Source: Takakia lepidozioides
Taxonomy: Eukaryota > Plantae > Bryophyta
Direction: 5' to 3'
NCBI GenBank assembly: GCA_030704615.1
Contig: CM060731.1
Location: 50,840,001 to 50,904,000, forward strand
Length of the DNA: 64,000 nt
A model generated the notes under the pieces. That model was given only the letters and a program-made list of their open reading frames with translations. It was not told the origin of the DNA and did not search any database. A program made the translations under genes and the position numbers. Shown in pieces: positions 11,315 through 24,481 of the stretch (the first letter of the stretch is position 1; each line of letters starts with the position of its first letter).

Positions 11315-12140
11315 TTGAAGATAATCTCATTGGTAAGGGAAACTGGAATTATTGATCAGAGCTCTATGTTTAAACTTCCAGACATGGTGGGGCAACACTA
11401 TATGCCACGCAGGATTCCTGAGAAGCACACGAAGATCAGACCACCGAAAGGCCGCAGGGGTGATGATGATTCTGATACTACACCAGACACTTCAGAGAAC
11501 TCTTTTGACATGGCGGAGGATTATGAATTAGCAATGAAGGACAAGCGACGAAGGGGATCTCCTATGCCTGAGAGGTTAATTCGTTATTAGCCAAAGGAGA
11601 GTCAAACAATTCCAGGTAGTGCTCAATCATCTCCATCAGCTCACATGACTCGGACTCGCACCCAAAGTCCTTCACGAGACTCTCACCGACAGAATGGTGC
11701 TCGCTCACAAAGGTTTGCTGATCCCAAACAGAAACCGTGAGGACACGGCTTTTTGAGAGGGGGAGGGATAATGTTAGAGGGCTGCTTGGGACTTAGACAT
11801 TTTTACGGGTTCTGTGGGGTACCCTTAATTTTTGCATAGACTTACAAAGGGTACACTTGGACCAGCATAGGCCTTAGGGGTGGCAGGCACAGGATTTCAA
11901 AGGGTTAGACAGTCAAACACAGCCAGTCACAAGTGAAAGGCACGGTGACTCTGTGGCCAGAGAAGAGTATGAGGAAAGGTGAAAGTATCAAGTGACATTT
12001 CTCTTGTTAAGGCCCTGTGGCAGCAGCATCCTGCAGTATATGTGTACACCTTCTACATGATGTGGTCAATGTACATTGACCTCTTAGCTAGTCTACTGTG
12101 GCTACTGCTTTGTGTCAGAATTAGGAAACCTGAAAATGAG
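11315..12140 (+). mobile_element. Ty3/Gypsy 3' end: degenerate coding tail, polypurine tract and start of 3' LTR (TG at 11772)
   Basis: GAGAGGGGGAGGGATAA is followed by TGTTAGAGGG...GGGACTTAGACATTTTTACGGGTTCTGTGGGGTACCCTTAATTTTT, which is homologous to the start of the LTR at 53305-53406 (minus strand). Confidence 0.7.
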
Positions 12141-12182
12141 AGGCTCTCTCTCTCTCTCTCTCTCCCTCTCTCTTTCCTTAAT

Positions 12183-12370
12183 GCTTGTGTAAAGGGATTT
12201 CTAGAGGATATCTGGTATCTGGAAAACTCGGATCAATTGTCTGTTCCAAGGTAAGTCATACTACAGGCGTCAGCCCCTGACAAAGGTAGTTCCTGTCCCT
12301 TTGTATTCCGCTCAAACTGGTCAATGGCCATAAGGCCACAGCAAACAACCTCTTATGAGTACATTGTCTC
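12183..12370 (+). mobile_element. Short LINE 3' fragment, inverted relative of 12453-13017
   Basis: GCTTGTGTAAAGGGATTTCTAGAGGATATCTGG...CTTATGAGTAC matches the reverse complement of about 12455-12635 (ACVKGFLEDIW). Confidence 0.7.
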
Positions 12371-12452
12371 TTTCCTTGAATGAGGCAAAGTCCTTGTAAC
12401 AGCACTCATGAACTGCTTGATCCCATTAATCAGAGTTTTTGCCTAGAACAGA

Positions 12453-13017
12453 TTGTACTCATAAGACGTTGTTTGCCGTAGCCTTGTGGCCATTGACCCG
12501 CGCCCAGTTTGAGTGGGAACAAAAGGAACAGAACCTACCTCCGTCAGGGGCTGACGTTGGTAGTAAGACTTACCTTCATATAAGGAATTAATCCGGGTTT
12601 TCCAGATATCCTCTAGAAAACCCTTCACACAAGCATCAATCTGCTGTGTGTGATTTGCCCAAAAACTAGGCCTCAGGAGGGCCTGGGCTTTTGGCTCAGC
12701 CTCGAGACTTTCAAAGTTGGTAAACAGGGGTACAGACACAATTCCCTTGATAGAATTGAAGAGAGCGTCTCTTTGGTGAGAGAACCCCGGACAGTGTATC
12801 CGAAAATGAATATTGTCTTCAGATTGCCCACACAACGGACAATTGCACTCTCCCTGTCCTCTCTGCTTCTGCTTGCTGTTCAAAGGTAGGCTTCCTGCCC
12901 TGAGTTTAAATTTCAGTCTAGTGCCGAGAGTGGGTAGACCCTTGAGGTCATCCAAGATGTCCACCCCCATGTCACTGACTGGAAACAAGTTCAGGGAAGT
13001 TCTCTGCCTAACTTCAT
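12453..13017 (-). mobile_element. 5'-truncated LINE (ORF2 C-terminal zinc-binding region) with a 17-bp target-site duplication
   Basis: ORF contains KFKLRAGSLPL...CPLCGQSEDNIHFRIHCPGF. Flanked by TTTTTGCCTAGAACAGA at 12436-12452 and 13018-13034. Confidence 0.8.
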
Positions 13018-13980
13018 TTTTTGCCTAGAACAGAAAGGGAAAACAGGGAACAGGATGACTCATTGGAATTACTGATTAGGGTTCTTAACCTAAAGCATGG
13101 GCTAAAATAGGTACTGCTGAGTTGTATATCTACTACTAGCTGAAATGGCTGAAAGGACCTCCCGTACCCCCCCTCTCTTTACTACTATGACCTGCTGCAG
13201 GAGGACGTTCATAGGAATGTGCAGTGGTTTACGCCTGGGGTTCCACAGGGATCTAACCTATTGGTTTGTTGCTTGGCTGTGATGGATCTAGGTTCACCTT
13301 CTTTTCTTGCAAGAATGCTACTAAGGGCAAGAGACTAGTGAGGTTTTGAGCTCTCTCAAACCTCAATCTTTGTATGTATTAAACATACCACTGCTGCTTT
13401 CCTCTGGGGTTGAAGGATCTATGACCTTGTACCTTCATGGAAAACAGTTGCCTTTAAGGAGACATTCCTCCTTCTATTGTTGCATCCATAAGATATGAAA
13501 GTGAGGAGGCAGATCTGTTTGTGAGAAGGGCCTACCTAGTGTACATCTGATTACCACTTAGAGCACCTGAAAACTGGATTTCCAGTAAGGATTTGTAAAG
13601 GCAGAACTGGGTCGAGACATTTTGAGTGTTTGTTAATTTTGAAGTCACTAAGCTCACCATCCCATCCTTGGGGTTAGGGTGAGCTTACTATATCAATGGT
13701 TGACACCAACAGTTCCAAAAGGGTGAGTATACATACACCCACCCTCCCTCTTAAGTATAGTTGTATATCTTACAAATCTGCTCTTTTTAATTTTTTTCAC
13801 TAAGAAGTCAGGAATCTCTAAGCAACAGTAATGGAGTTTATATGTTTGGGGTATGAGCTATGTCTCCTCCTACTGCCATAACGAGGACTGAAAAACTATG
13901 AGGGTGCCTGAAAAGGTTGTACAGTGAGATGCTATACTCTCTATGTGTTTCTATGTGGGACCGTTTTCAGTTTTGATCAT

Positions 13981-13983
<3 letters not shown>

Positions 13984-14027
<44 letters not shown>
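13984..14027. repeat. (CT)n microsatellite
   Basis: Directly visible. Confidence 0.95.
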
Positions 14028-14031
<4 letters not shown>

Positions 14032-14933
14032 CACCTCCCCACTCCCTTGCAACTGCAATATGTTATTTTTGGTCTTTCTTGTTTTCCCTTCACTGCTTTA
14101 GGCTCAATGTAGTTATCTATTACACCAGTAATGATGTGCAGCAAAAATATATTGAATACCTTGTGAAGGGGATGGAGGAGTTAGGTTGTCGCCTGCTTGG
14201 GGAGATGCCTCTCTTTCAAAGATGGCATCCTGCATGGCCTCTACCTCTGCACCTGCGATGTTGCCCTCTGACATGGCAACATCCTGTACAGAAACATGAA
14301 AATGATCTTCATAAACCTTCAATACAATGAATGCTGAGAGAGAGAACATGAAAGAGATTCAGTGCTATTAGAAATATTGGCAGCAAACACTTGCAGGTAT
14401 TTCTAGGGTTTTTGGATAACATACTATATATCAGGGTTTAAGCCATTCCTGAGGTTAAGGGAATTGGTTCCATGCACCTGATATTGAGACCATGACAGAG
14501 AACTTGGAGATTATCCTTTCTTTACCACCGAAAAACACCTGCTATTGAGACACAGAAATTGAGGCAGTTGCATGTAATCCCTCTGAAGCTCTTGGAATCC
14601 AAAAAAGATACCTTCAGATGAAATGCCAGGGAGTAGAGATATACAACCGTGGAGAGACGGCATGTCCCTACTCCTCCCTGTGCATTTGAGCCAGGACCTA
14701 GGGTGTGCATCCAGACTTTTGGGGAGAGAGAGAGAGAGAAGGGGAGAGGGGGTACCTTCAGATGGGATACGAGGGAGTGTAGGGATGCCACCGTGGAGTG
14801 ACGCCATGCACCTATTACTCCCCTGTGGATTTGACCCACCACAACGGCCATCAACCCTACTGAGAGTGCGTATCCAGGCTCATTGCACAGATAGAAATAA
14901 GAAACAAAACAAATTTTCAACGTCCGAGAGACT

Positions 14934-14935
<2 letters not shown>

Positions 14936-14975
<40 letters not shown>
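14936..14975. repeat. (GA)n microsatellite, possibly the tail of a non-LTR retroelement
   Basis: Minus strand reads TAGAGCACAAT(CT)n, similar to the LINE 3' end ATGAGTACAAT near 12453. Confidence 0.85.
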
Positions 14976-14979
<4 letters not shown>

Positions 14980-17609
14980 GCTCTATTCCCACTACTTCTA
15001 CTCCACTGAATCGGTGGCTACATTCTATACCAAAAGAAAGACAACTAGTTCAGCCCAATGAATCCTGCCCAGCATCGATGGGCAAAGATGACAATTTTGC
15101 GCAGCTCCTGGGTGGGCACTGGCTGGTGTTTGAGAGCAGGGTGATAGCTATGGCTGCTGGACTATGGCTGCCCCTCTCTGCACCCCTCCTACTTTTCAAA
15201 TACGTTCATCCAACTGTAGATATGGATGGATAGATTATTTTACATTTATCTGGAAGGATGTTTGTCCATCACTCATGGTCGGAATCAGGATTCAAGTTGT
15301 GCACATTTTTTATTTTATTTTTAAACATTTATTTAGAGAAAGGGGACGGAGGCCCTTTTACTCAAATTAATTTAAAATATTACAAAGAGGTGGGAAAAAT
15401 AACCACCCGTGGGCGTGAAGGCTCTCCACTTTTTCTTAGAGATGATTGAACTCACTCTATTTCTTTTTTCTTTTTTTTAAACAAAAGGGGACAGAGGCCC
15501 TGTAAATCATATTAAAAAAACTCGGCCAGGCCAGGATACGAGAGGAGGAAAAAATAACCTCCAAAAGGGTGCCATAGAGGCTGAAATCGGAAGACACTGC
15601 TTCAAGACAAAAAGAGAATCAAGAACACAAAAAGATAGGCGGGAGGGTCTACTAGGATCAGACCAATCGACTGTCAGGATAAGTTACACTAATTGTTACC
15701 AAGACTAGCAATGGAGAGTTGCACACGAGATCTACCGTTCCTATTGTGGGATCTACGGTGCTTCCAATTAATATATGATTCCTCGCCCAAAAAGGGAGAA
15801 CGCTTGGAGCTATGAGAGTTGCCAGTGTCGTGCACCTAAGCATCGTGCCACAATATACATCGCTATCCACCATACATTCTAAGCACACAATCCTAGAAAG
15901 CTATGCCACAATTACCTTCTAGCTCTCCTCAAGCTTGAAATTAGAAGCCACACTTGGGAAGCATGCTCCACATAAGTATCACTTGCTTAATCAACCATCC
16001 ACCACAAAACTTAAGCCAAAAGGGAATGAATACATAAGCTTCACATTCCTCTTCCTTGTCTTGTCACATGCTAATGTATGGTTGAAGTTGCTATGCATGC
16101 CTTGAGCCACAATTTTTTTTTTTCATGAAGACCACCTCCAATGATCTCCCACATGTGCTCCAAGCTCTTTAATGCTCTAGGCTTGGTATCACATCGTCAT
16201 TGATAGAATTTTCACGCTTATGCTTCCCTTCAAACCTCTTGAGCTTCCTAATGCTCTCCAAGTGTTTGCCCTTGTTGTCTTCAAGCCCAAGTCTATGTAG
16301 CTCATTGGCTTCGTTTCCACAACATCCACACTTGAGCTTGTTTAACCTTGATTGATAGTGAAATAAGTACTAACAATCATTTAGTTGCTCTCCACAAGTG
16401 ATTATCACTACAAAAAGATGACCTTATGCTTGTGAGTGCAGAGTGTAAGGGTTAGTTTAACACTTGTGTGTTGAAGAGCTTGGGAAGATAGCTCTTGTGT
16501 TTCAAGGTGTTGCATATATTGCAAAGGAAAATCCTTGTGGTATTAGGGCTTTCAGAGATATTGCTTTGCACTAAGGAGGTGGAGAGCTAAAAGATGGAGT
16601 TTTTGTAGATCACAAGGCTTGCAAGGAAAGGTGCTTGGTGAAGTTACATGCACCAAGGAATTGAGAGCAAGGAAAATTTAGCTATTGTATTACAAGGCTT
16701 GTAAGGGTTACAAGAAAATGTATTTGTGGTGTTACACCAAGGTGTTGGGGAGCTCAAAAAGGAGCTTGTTTGCCACAAGATTTGCAAGGATTGCAAGAAG
16801 GAAGTCTTGTGTGTGTGGAAGCATGGATTCTAGGGATTAAGACTCTCCCACTTCCATAGCTCTAGATATTGAGAAAAAGTGTGGTGAAGGCTTTGTAGGA
16901 TGGATTCATTTGAGCAAAGGTGCCATTTGGCTTGACTTAGTTTATATGATTGAGTGGATTTATGAGTGGAGTGTTTCAATTGTGTTCACTTTCATTATCA
17001 CTACAAGAAGATGAACCTTCCTCAACACTCACAAGGGGAAAACCATCCCCATGTCCCAAGTGAGGTTTGACACCTCACTTGGCATGTGAGACCAAATGAA
17101 ATCCCAACACATAAAATACAAATATAAATATCCAAAATGTCCTAGTTACTAGAAGTAGGTAATCCATGACTAAAACCATGACACCAACTTGGCGGGATGT
17201 TTCCTTCCATAGCACCTTCGGGTCCGATTTTTTTGGTGCAGATACGACCACCTCTTCCCCATGAGCTATCAAATTATGAGAAAAGTTGTGCTCTGCGTCT
17301 CTCTCTGCACCTGCCAAAAGCTTCACCCCCAACCCGCCATGTCTTTCTGGCCTCAGACATCAAGTCCGAGTGAACCTTAAACAATATGGAAAACAAACCC
17401 ACATCTATCCTTCCAAATATTCCATAAGGTATGAGCTCTTAACGCTGCCACACTAGGCAAGAAGACCAAAGAGGGTCGTGCACATAATTTAGAAGCATAA
17501 CATTTTTTTTTTTTAAATTTTTAAAGAATGGATGGAGCCGGAATATATTAGAGGAAGTGGACAAAATATATACTGAGAATATTCAAATGTGCACATGCCA
17601 GATTTACCT

Positions 17610-17760
17610 ATACGCTGGTAATGACATATCACCTTAGAAGTGGTTGTGGGTTCAATCTCCCAATTGGTCTCATAAAGGTGTCCACCTTCTCGCTAGAAGG
17701 CAATAGCCATTCAAAAGTCATGAGCCACCATAGTTTACGCTCCTTTCAGGAGTGTCATAC
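17610..17760 (+). mobile_element. Degenerate tRNA-derived SINE copy
   Basis: GAAGTGGTTGTGGGTTCAATC...AAAGGTGTCCACCTT...GAAGGCA...CACCATAGTTTACGCT is homologous to 40255-40428 (minus strand). Confidence 0.6.
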
Positions 17761-17779
17761 ATAGTGGAAGTTTTTAAAA

Positions 17780-18224
17780 ATCTGCCAGATATAAATAAGT
17801 CCGGAAATTTAGATTTTAATATCGGACGGTTATAGAGTAATCCGGATCTAAATAATCATCAAATATAATTGTTTTTTAAAACAGGCCCTGATTTAATTTT
17901 ATTGAGATTTACTCGCAATTTTTTAAGTTTATTTAATCAATTTAAATGATTAAAATTCTAATAAAATAATTAATATTTTCTTTTATTTTCTTGTATCCGG
18001 TTGAGATCCGATATTTTGGCTACATATCCGGATACAATCCAGTTATTAAACCTTTTTATATCCGGCAGGTAGGATCCTATCCGGATCCTCCGTTTTATGT
18101 ATCCGCTGGATATAAATAATAGCCAGATATCAAATAGTTGCCAGATCCGAACCCGGATACATTGATATCCGGGTTGATATCCTACTATTGATATCTTAAT
18201 GACTCTATATCCGCCCCAACACTG
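17780..18224. mobile_element. hAT-like non-autonomous element remnant rich in ATCCGG/CCGGAT motifs
   Basis: More than ten ATCCG(G) motifs in both orientations. Right end reads CAGTGTTGGGGCGGAT on the minus strand. No left TIR found. Confidence 0.45.
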
Positions 18225-20586
18225 GAATATACCACATGTATCTAGATGTGCAGTCCAGTGTCACTTTTGCATTAAAAATATATTTGCCACATATTTGTAA
18301 GAAAATAATCACAAACAAAACAACTTCGAAGGTGGATATATTTTTTTACATGAGCATCTTGTATGTAATAGATTATCGTGTGTAACTGCAAGAGCGAGAC
18401 TTAAACAATGCACTTAGGGCATGACCATCAAAGCCCGAGAAACATGCGCAAAACCGTTCACTTGGCAAATCTTTTGCTGAGGCAAATATGCCAGCAAGCG
18501 GCCAACTTGTCAGTGCCCCAATAGGACGCAAGCCATCTGGCTTGGTTATTGGTAACATCGTCACTTCAACCATAGCCTTGAAACGCCACGTACGCTCTTC
18601 CCCAAGCAGAGGCGAAGAAGGAGACTCCTAGTCTATCTGATAACCTGACCATTGGCCCACCGAATCTGATAGCCTACAAATGAGCAATAGTAGTCGTGTC
18701 AAAGAGGATGAGTTTAAGCGGGAAGGAGGGCTTAAAAAGCCTCACGGTGTTGCTGGGGACGTGGCAAGGTAGTCGAAATATAGCACGCATCATTTTGAAG
18801 TTGACGTCCTTCTTTTTTCTTACATTTGTTGGCTCATCTTTATTCTAAAGAAGAGACCACGCATCAGTGCCAAAAATCGGTAAGTCCCTATTGTGCCTTT
18901 CCCAAGTGTCACCTCCTCTCCATCTCCACAACACCTCCCTCATGATTGAACAACGTATGAAAAATAAATGGATGATTTTTCAAGTTTAGTATGGATGGAA
19001 GCAAATTCCACTATTCACAAAGAGGAGCCATAGGCGACTGGCGGCTTGTTTCATTTTGACGTCATATGGCTATGGAATGATTTAGAATTGCCTTCACACC
19101 CTCCTCTCCATTGCAAATCCCACTCAATAGCCTTACTCGAACAATGCATCATCATTGCATTCAAACATAACATTCTCTCTTGGCTATATCTCAGCTTTAT
19201 TTGCGAGGTAATTCCTCTGGCTCCCCATCCTCACAATTTTGACCCACTGCATGTCACTATCTGCACTTGAGCAGGTTGCCAAGTGGTTGGGTGTTTGTGC
19301 ATTGCCTGTGCATAACCTAGATGATCCTGGATTTTGTATGATAATTTTGCGTGAAGGTCATGGAGGCTTTGAGAAAATTGATTTGCAAATATGTCATGTA
19401 CTTAAAGACAAGCCTTCACCATTCAGGGCTTCCCACTACAAAGGAGGCTACTACAGAGCAAATTGGGAGGAGACGGAGCCAAAACAAAAGGAAGAGAGAG
19501 AAGTAAAGGGGCCTCATTCGGGTTTGGTTTTGTCCTCTGGAAAAGATTTGGGGCCAGGTATTACCATAGCACCAAACTTGTTGTGATTTATCTCCTGAGG
19601 TGAGTAGGTAGTAAAGAGGTCTCTTTTATATAAGTGGCCTCTAAGGGCGGTGGAACCCTTCCAAAAGGGTGGGACACATATGACACATACATATCAGATC
19701 CTAATGTCACCTACTGTAACCACTTGGCACGTGTACCCTAACCACCCACATTGGCCTGAACCATCCCCTATTTACTCAGTGTCACAATCTTGTCTTTTTT
19801 TTCTTACCCACTTTACATAACAATTATTAATTCAAATCCCTATGTAGTTTACTATATGGGCCACTTTCTAATTCTTGGACCACTCTAGAATGACTAGGCA
19901 CCATTGCTTCCTTACCTTGCTCAGTAGCTTGTTTGCTAAGGTATCAGAAAATTTTCCCGCAGTAAGCTTTCACGGCCTCATCAATGGTTGTTTTTTCATT
20001 CCTGTTAAACCTTTTATTATTAATTTGATTAAAAGAGCCTCTGTTCCCTTTGCATAAAAAATAAAATAAAAAATGAACAGGGGCCACCCAAACTGGGGGG
20101 GCTTTATTTTAATGGGCACTAGGTTAGACTGTAGCAGCACTCGAAGATGGTGATAATTGGATGGGGAATCACTCATCATCGATGATTATCTACTTCAACA
20201 ACAGAACTCAAAGATCCGGAATTCAATGCAAAGCATCCCTTAAAAGTCTATCAAGGCTCCAACTCGGTGGCTGATCAACAGCACTCGAAAGAGTTCTAGA
20301 ATCGTTAAAAGCAGTGTGGCAGATACTGCCACTTTTTTCGGCCTAACTCCCAGGCCGAATCGGACACCCAGGGCAGAATCGGCAGGGATGGCCAATTACA
20401 CACAGAGGACGGCAGACCTACCACCGAGGCCCATGTCATCAGCCATCAACCCACACGCCTTCCCTTCAGGCTCGCCCTGTTTATATCCTCCCCGGGGCCC
20501 TGAATCTGGGCAATCGATATGGGATAATCGAACCTCAATCATATAGCGCCACCTAGCGGTGAGAATCCGCCAGTGGACGGGCAGCA

Positions 20587-20697
20587 TTGGCCGATTCTGC
20601 CCTGTAAGCGGCCTTTGGGCGAGACCGTCAGTTGACTCTGCCCTGTGCGCGGCCATAGGGCTCGCCCAAAGGCCGCTTACAGGGCAGAATCGGCCAA
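20587..20697. repeat. Perfect 37-bp inverted repeat with a 37-nt spacer
   Basis: TTGGCCGATTCTGCCCTGTAAGCGGCCTTTGGGCGAG (20587-20623) and its exact reverse complement (20661-20697). Confidence 0.95.
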
Positions 20698-21950
20698 ACA
20701 CGGCCCGTTCTCTAGTACGTGGAAGTACTATTGTGAAGGGATTCAGACTGACGTGCAAATCAAACGCAAATCCACATGCATGTAATAAACATGCTTTCGG
20801 ATATGTCTCGATGTATCGTCATCACTTCCCGACAGACCAGAACTTCCCCTGCAACCACTGCTAGACCTAGATCGGGTCTATGATGAAGCTACTAGCAATC
20901 GCCAAGAACATGCGACTTCGCTGCATGAAACGAAACATACGTACCAGAAGTTACTCCTCAAAAGCGCAGACATGAAGGTTCGCTCATAGGAAAGGAACGA
21001 AAATTATCCTCGGCACATTCAAAATCCAGCTCTTCCAAAAGGTTCTATTTCAATATCCTACACGAATCAAAAGCTTCCACCTCACTTTTCTCAATGCATT
21101 AGTAAGCCTTTGGTAAGCACGACACTTGCTATTCTTGGGAAACCATACGACGGCCTCAGTATAAGTTTATGCGTCATAGAAATGCAGAGGCACACTTAGT
21201 AGGTTCTCCTTGCAAGCAAGGACTCAGCACCAACTGCAACTGCGCTCGAGAGTTTCCATCCTTGGCCATTTGACTTACGCTCATAGACGAACAACAAAAG
21301 CTAACCTCTTCAGTTCAACACCATTGAATACTCCAGGCGACTTCTCAAACACGGACTTCCTGATTATCACTAACACTTCTGAAATAATCACCACACCACT
21401 GCAGACGTGACTGGGCATACAATAGCGTCTTCCGGATGATGGAAGTAACAACTTTGCGAGGTAGAACTGTGAGAAGGAAACAAGGACACAGTCCACGTCG
21501 CAAAACCCCGGCAAATTCGATGTAGTCTGCCTAACGAGGTGAACCCGTCATAGCTTGCACAAGGCATGCTCGCACCACCAGATACTATGAGGCCTTCCGA
21601 CATCAGAAACAAGATAAGAAACACAGCTACTATCAAACCCAGGGCTGAAGAAGACAGCAAACAAATGCACTGGAAACCTAATACAAAGAGCTGGAGCTGT
21701 AGCACATATATAGCTCACGAATAGAGAGAACGCCGCCTGCATAGCTAGCAAAGACGAGAGCATCGTTAGGGGCCCATCCATTCCGATGACTGCAATACTT
21801 GCCATCCAAATTGCATTCATCCGGGAAGAATCCACAATTCCACTTCGTAGAGGTCTACAAAAAGCAATGGTCTACTTGTCCCCGGCTTACCCCAACAATT
21901 GTAGACTTCCGCTTCGCTTATTTGAAGACGATGCTTGGCAAAATCTTATC

Positions 21951-23355
21951 TCAGTAAGTGATATTAAGAAACTTGGCCATGGCTTCCACGGCACCTGGTG
22001 GCCACTGCAGCTCTGCACCAATCCACCTGCAGAGACCCACATAAATCCACAAAATGCGAGGTTCAGTACCAGTAACAGGCTATCATGTCGAATGCAATTA
22101 AATGCCTGGTTCAACATTGCGGCAATATGACTTTTTTCCCTGCTATAAGCACTTTTGAAATTTGACCATAGGAGGTCATACCTCAATTGAATGAGCAAAA
22201 AGTGGATGTTTGATAGAATTTGCTTTGAGACCACAGTTCAATGCATTAAAAACACAGCAGTTGACATAATCCAACACATAAATATGAGATGGTAATAATT
22301 AAGCCAGTCCAGTGGTAAGTAGGCCGCACCTTGGCAGATTGAAGGAGTTCTTGCCTTCCAGACAATCCTCAGATATTGAGAGAATGTACTCATACGTTTA
22401 GCCGTAGCCTTGTGGATATTGAGAGAGGGAGAGAGAGAGACAAACTCTCTACCTGATATTGTTGTACTGCGGTTCCCGAGAAGTGGCCTCAGAGAACTGT
22501 TCCTCTGCCCGGCTGCGGTCACCTTCTTTCCACAGCACTGCCGCTAGAGCTGCATGAGCCTCAGTGTAATTTGGATACTTCCGGACAAGGCCTTGTATCA
22601 GTTTCTTGGCCTCTCCCAATCTGTCGAGCTGTAGATTGCAACACTAAGATTTCAACTCTATATAATGACGCACCCACATTGCAGACAACCAGTGGCACAC
22701 CCTTCAGTAAATTGCCTTCAGTACATTGCCCTCAAATGCTTCGTCAATACAGTCATACTAGTTTAACAAAGACCAACTTCATACGCAACTTCAATTGTGT
22801 GCATTGCTCTACCTGGAGGTTTCATCCAGAGTATATTATACGTGTTAAGTGCATGAGGTACAGAAGCTGTAAGGACTATCAACCTGGTCAATCTGGTACT
22901 TCGTCCGGTACAACCTTCAAACTTTTTAACCTTGAAATCATCTTCTTCTTTTTCTTCCCCCAGAATGAAACACACCAAAATCATGCCTCGTCAATCGAGT
23001 ACAAAGAGGAGGAGGGGGGCCAGCTACCCAACCTCACGTGGCGAACTTACCACTTCTAAATTTCCGTTTACAATGCCAGAAAGGCATTAGTTGGCACCTT
23101 CATGTGATATCCTATGGATCTCAGATCTTCTACTTCTAACACCAATACATCTAGCCCATGCCATACACAAGCTGAAAACACCACTTCATCCACAAAGATG
23201 CAGCATGAAACCTGAAAGAGAACCAGAGCTTGCTTGAGTCGGTATCCTGCAATTCCAGGAGCCAGCTCTGAGGCTCTGGAATAAGCAGTCAAAGCAGTGT
23301 CATAGTCACGTACTCGTGCTTCCACATTTCCCAAGTTAAACCAAGCTGCAAACTC
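21951..23355 (-). CDS. TPR-repeat protein, last three exons only (23355-23212, 22628-22453, 22026-21951)
   Basis: Spliced translation EFAAWFNLGNVEARVRDYDTALTAYSRASELAPGIAGYRLKQALVLFQ/LDRLGEAKKLIQGLVRKYPNYTEAHAALAAVLWKEGDRSRAEEQFSEATSREPQYNNIR/WIGAELQWPPGAVEAMAKFLNITY*. Canonical GT-AG sites with consistent phases. Resembles a TPR family shared by cyanobacteria and plants. Confidence 0.85.
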
Positions 23356-23399
23356 CTGGCCCCACCCAAACAGCTGTTAGTGCCTGCCATAATTCTAAA

Positions 23400-23752
23400 A
23401 TATAAGAGATTGTTGCATGATGGCCCTCACAATATCTTCTGTTGTTGCTGTCAACATGTCAACGAGATGTGTCTTAGAGGAAGCACGCCAGGAAGAGTGC
23501 ACCGATTCGGCCATGTTCGTCGTCGGCATATCCGTGTCATCCTCCAAGCTCATGTCCTATTGAAGGAAATTAGAAATGTCACTCATTGTGGAGAATGTCC
23601 AAGCATAAAACAGAACAATTGTCAAGTACAGAAATGTGTTACATGTCTCATGTAGTCTCCAAACTGGCGGAATCTATAGTGCCACCACGCAAGCCACGTT
23701 TGCAGTTCTGGCTGATCTTTCACATCCACTGCCCCTAAAGACACCCACCGTG
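23400..23752 (-). mobile_element. Fragment of a MULE transposase of the same family as 56945-60516
   Basis: WVSLGAVDVKDQPELQTWLAWWHYRFRQFGDYMRH, an intron, then DMSLEDDTDMPTTNMAESVHSSW...ATTEDIVRAIMQQ. Intron position matches the intact copy. Confidence 0.8.
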
Positions 23753-23754
23753 TC

Positions 23755-24481
23755 CGACACAGCCAGTCACAGCCCGTCACAGCTTCACACAGCCCGACGC
23801 AACCAGTCACAGCCGTCACAGTTTCACACAGCCCTACACAGCCAGTCACAGCCCGACACAGCTTCACACAGCCCAACGTAGTTTTACACAGCTGTCACAG
23901 TACATGGGGAACGGTTATCATGGACAGGGAACGACTATGTGGGAACGACATCTGCAGAGGGAACATGTTACTTAAGGGGTGACGGTTAGTTAGTTAGGAG
24001 GGAGGCGGGTAGAATAGGCAGGGCGGCAAGGGGAAAAGGGGAGGAGAAAACTTCTTCTGGGGAGAGAGAGAGGGCACGATCTGGGAGGAGATGGATGATG
24101 ATTACACAGAAGAGGAGATGATGACTTGATTGGGGGCTTAGTTCATGAAGCTGTAGGATTATATAGGAAGGAAGATTGGAGACACGATGGCATGGGCATG
24201 ATACCTGATGATTCTTAATCCGATGTTTATTCGATACAATCACACTGTGTAGAGAGACTTGAGTGAAGCTGTGGAATGAATTGAATCTGATAGTTAAAGG
24301 AGCAATCTGATGCTTAAGTATACACGGTAAAGTAAATTTGCTAATATGAGGGCAAGAAGAAATACGAACAGGAAGCACAATCATGATTCACTAGTTGCAG
24401 GTCATGACTGAGTGCTCTTCTATCTTGGAGTTTCCACCTCGGATAGCGAAGGGATGGGTGAGTAAAAAAAGCCGCTCGACA
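23755..24481 (+). mobile_element. 5'-truncated Ty3 LTR (CACAGCC-repeat type) abutting the NLR LRR exon
   Basis: Homologous to the LTR at 52614-53406 (GGAACGGTTATCATG..., CTTCTATCTTGGAGTTTCC.CCTCGGATAGCGAAGGGATGGGTGAGTA). Ends ...CGACA at 24481. Confidence 0.8.

Noticed and set aside
16400-17025. CACTACAA(A/G)AAGATG at 16406 and 16999 as CACTA termini
   Set aside because: Both are in direct orientation and share upstream ATTAT, with no subterminal repeats. More likely an internal repeat of degenerate TE sequence.
18373-18573. LPITKPDGLRPIG as an RT motif
   Set aside because: A single short motif with no further RT motifs nearby.
21281-21835. Hydrophobic minus-strand ORFs downstream of the TPR gene
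   Set aside because: No recognisable family and no consistent exon structure.
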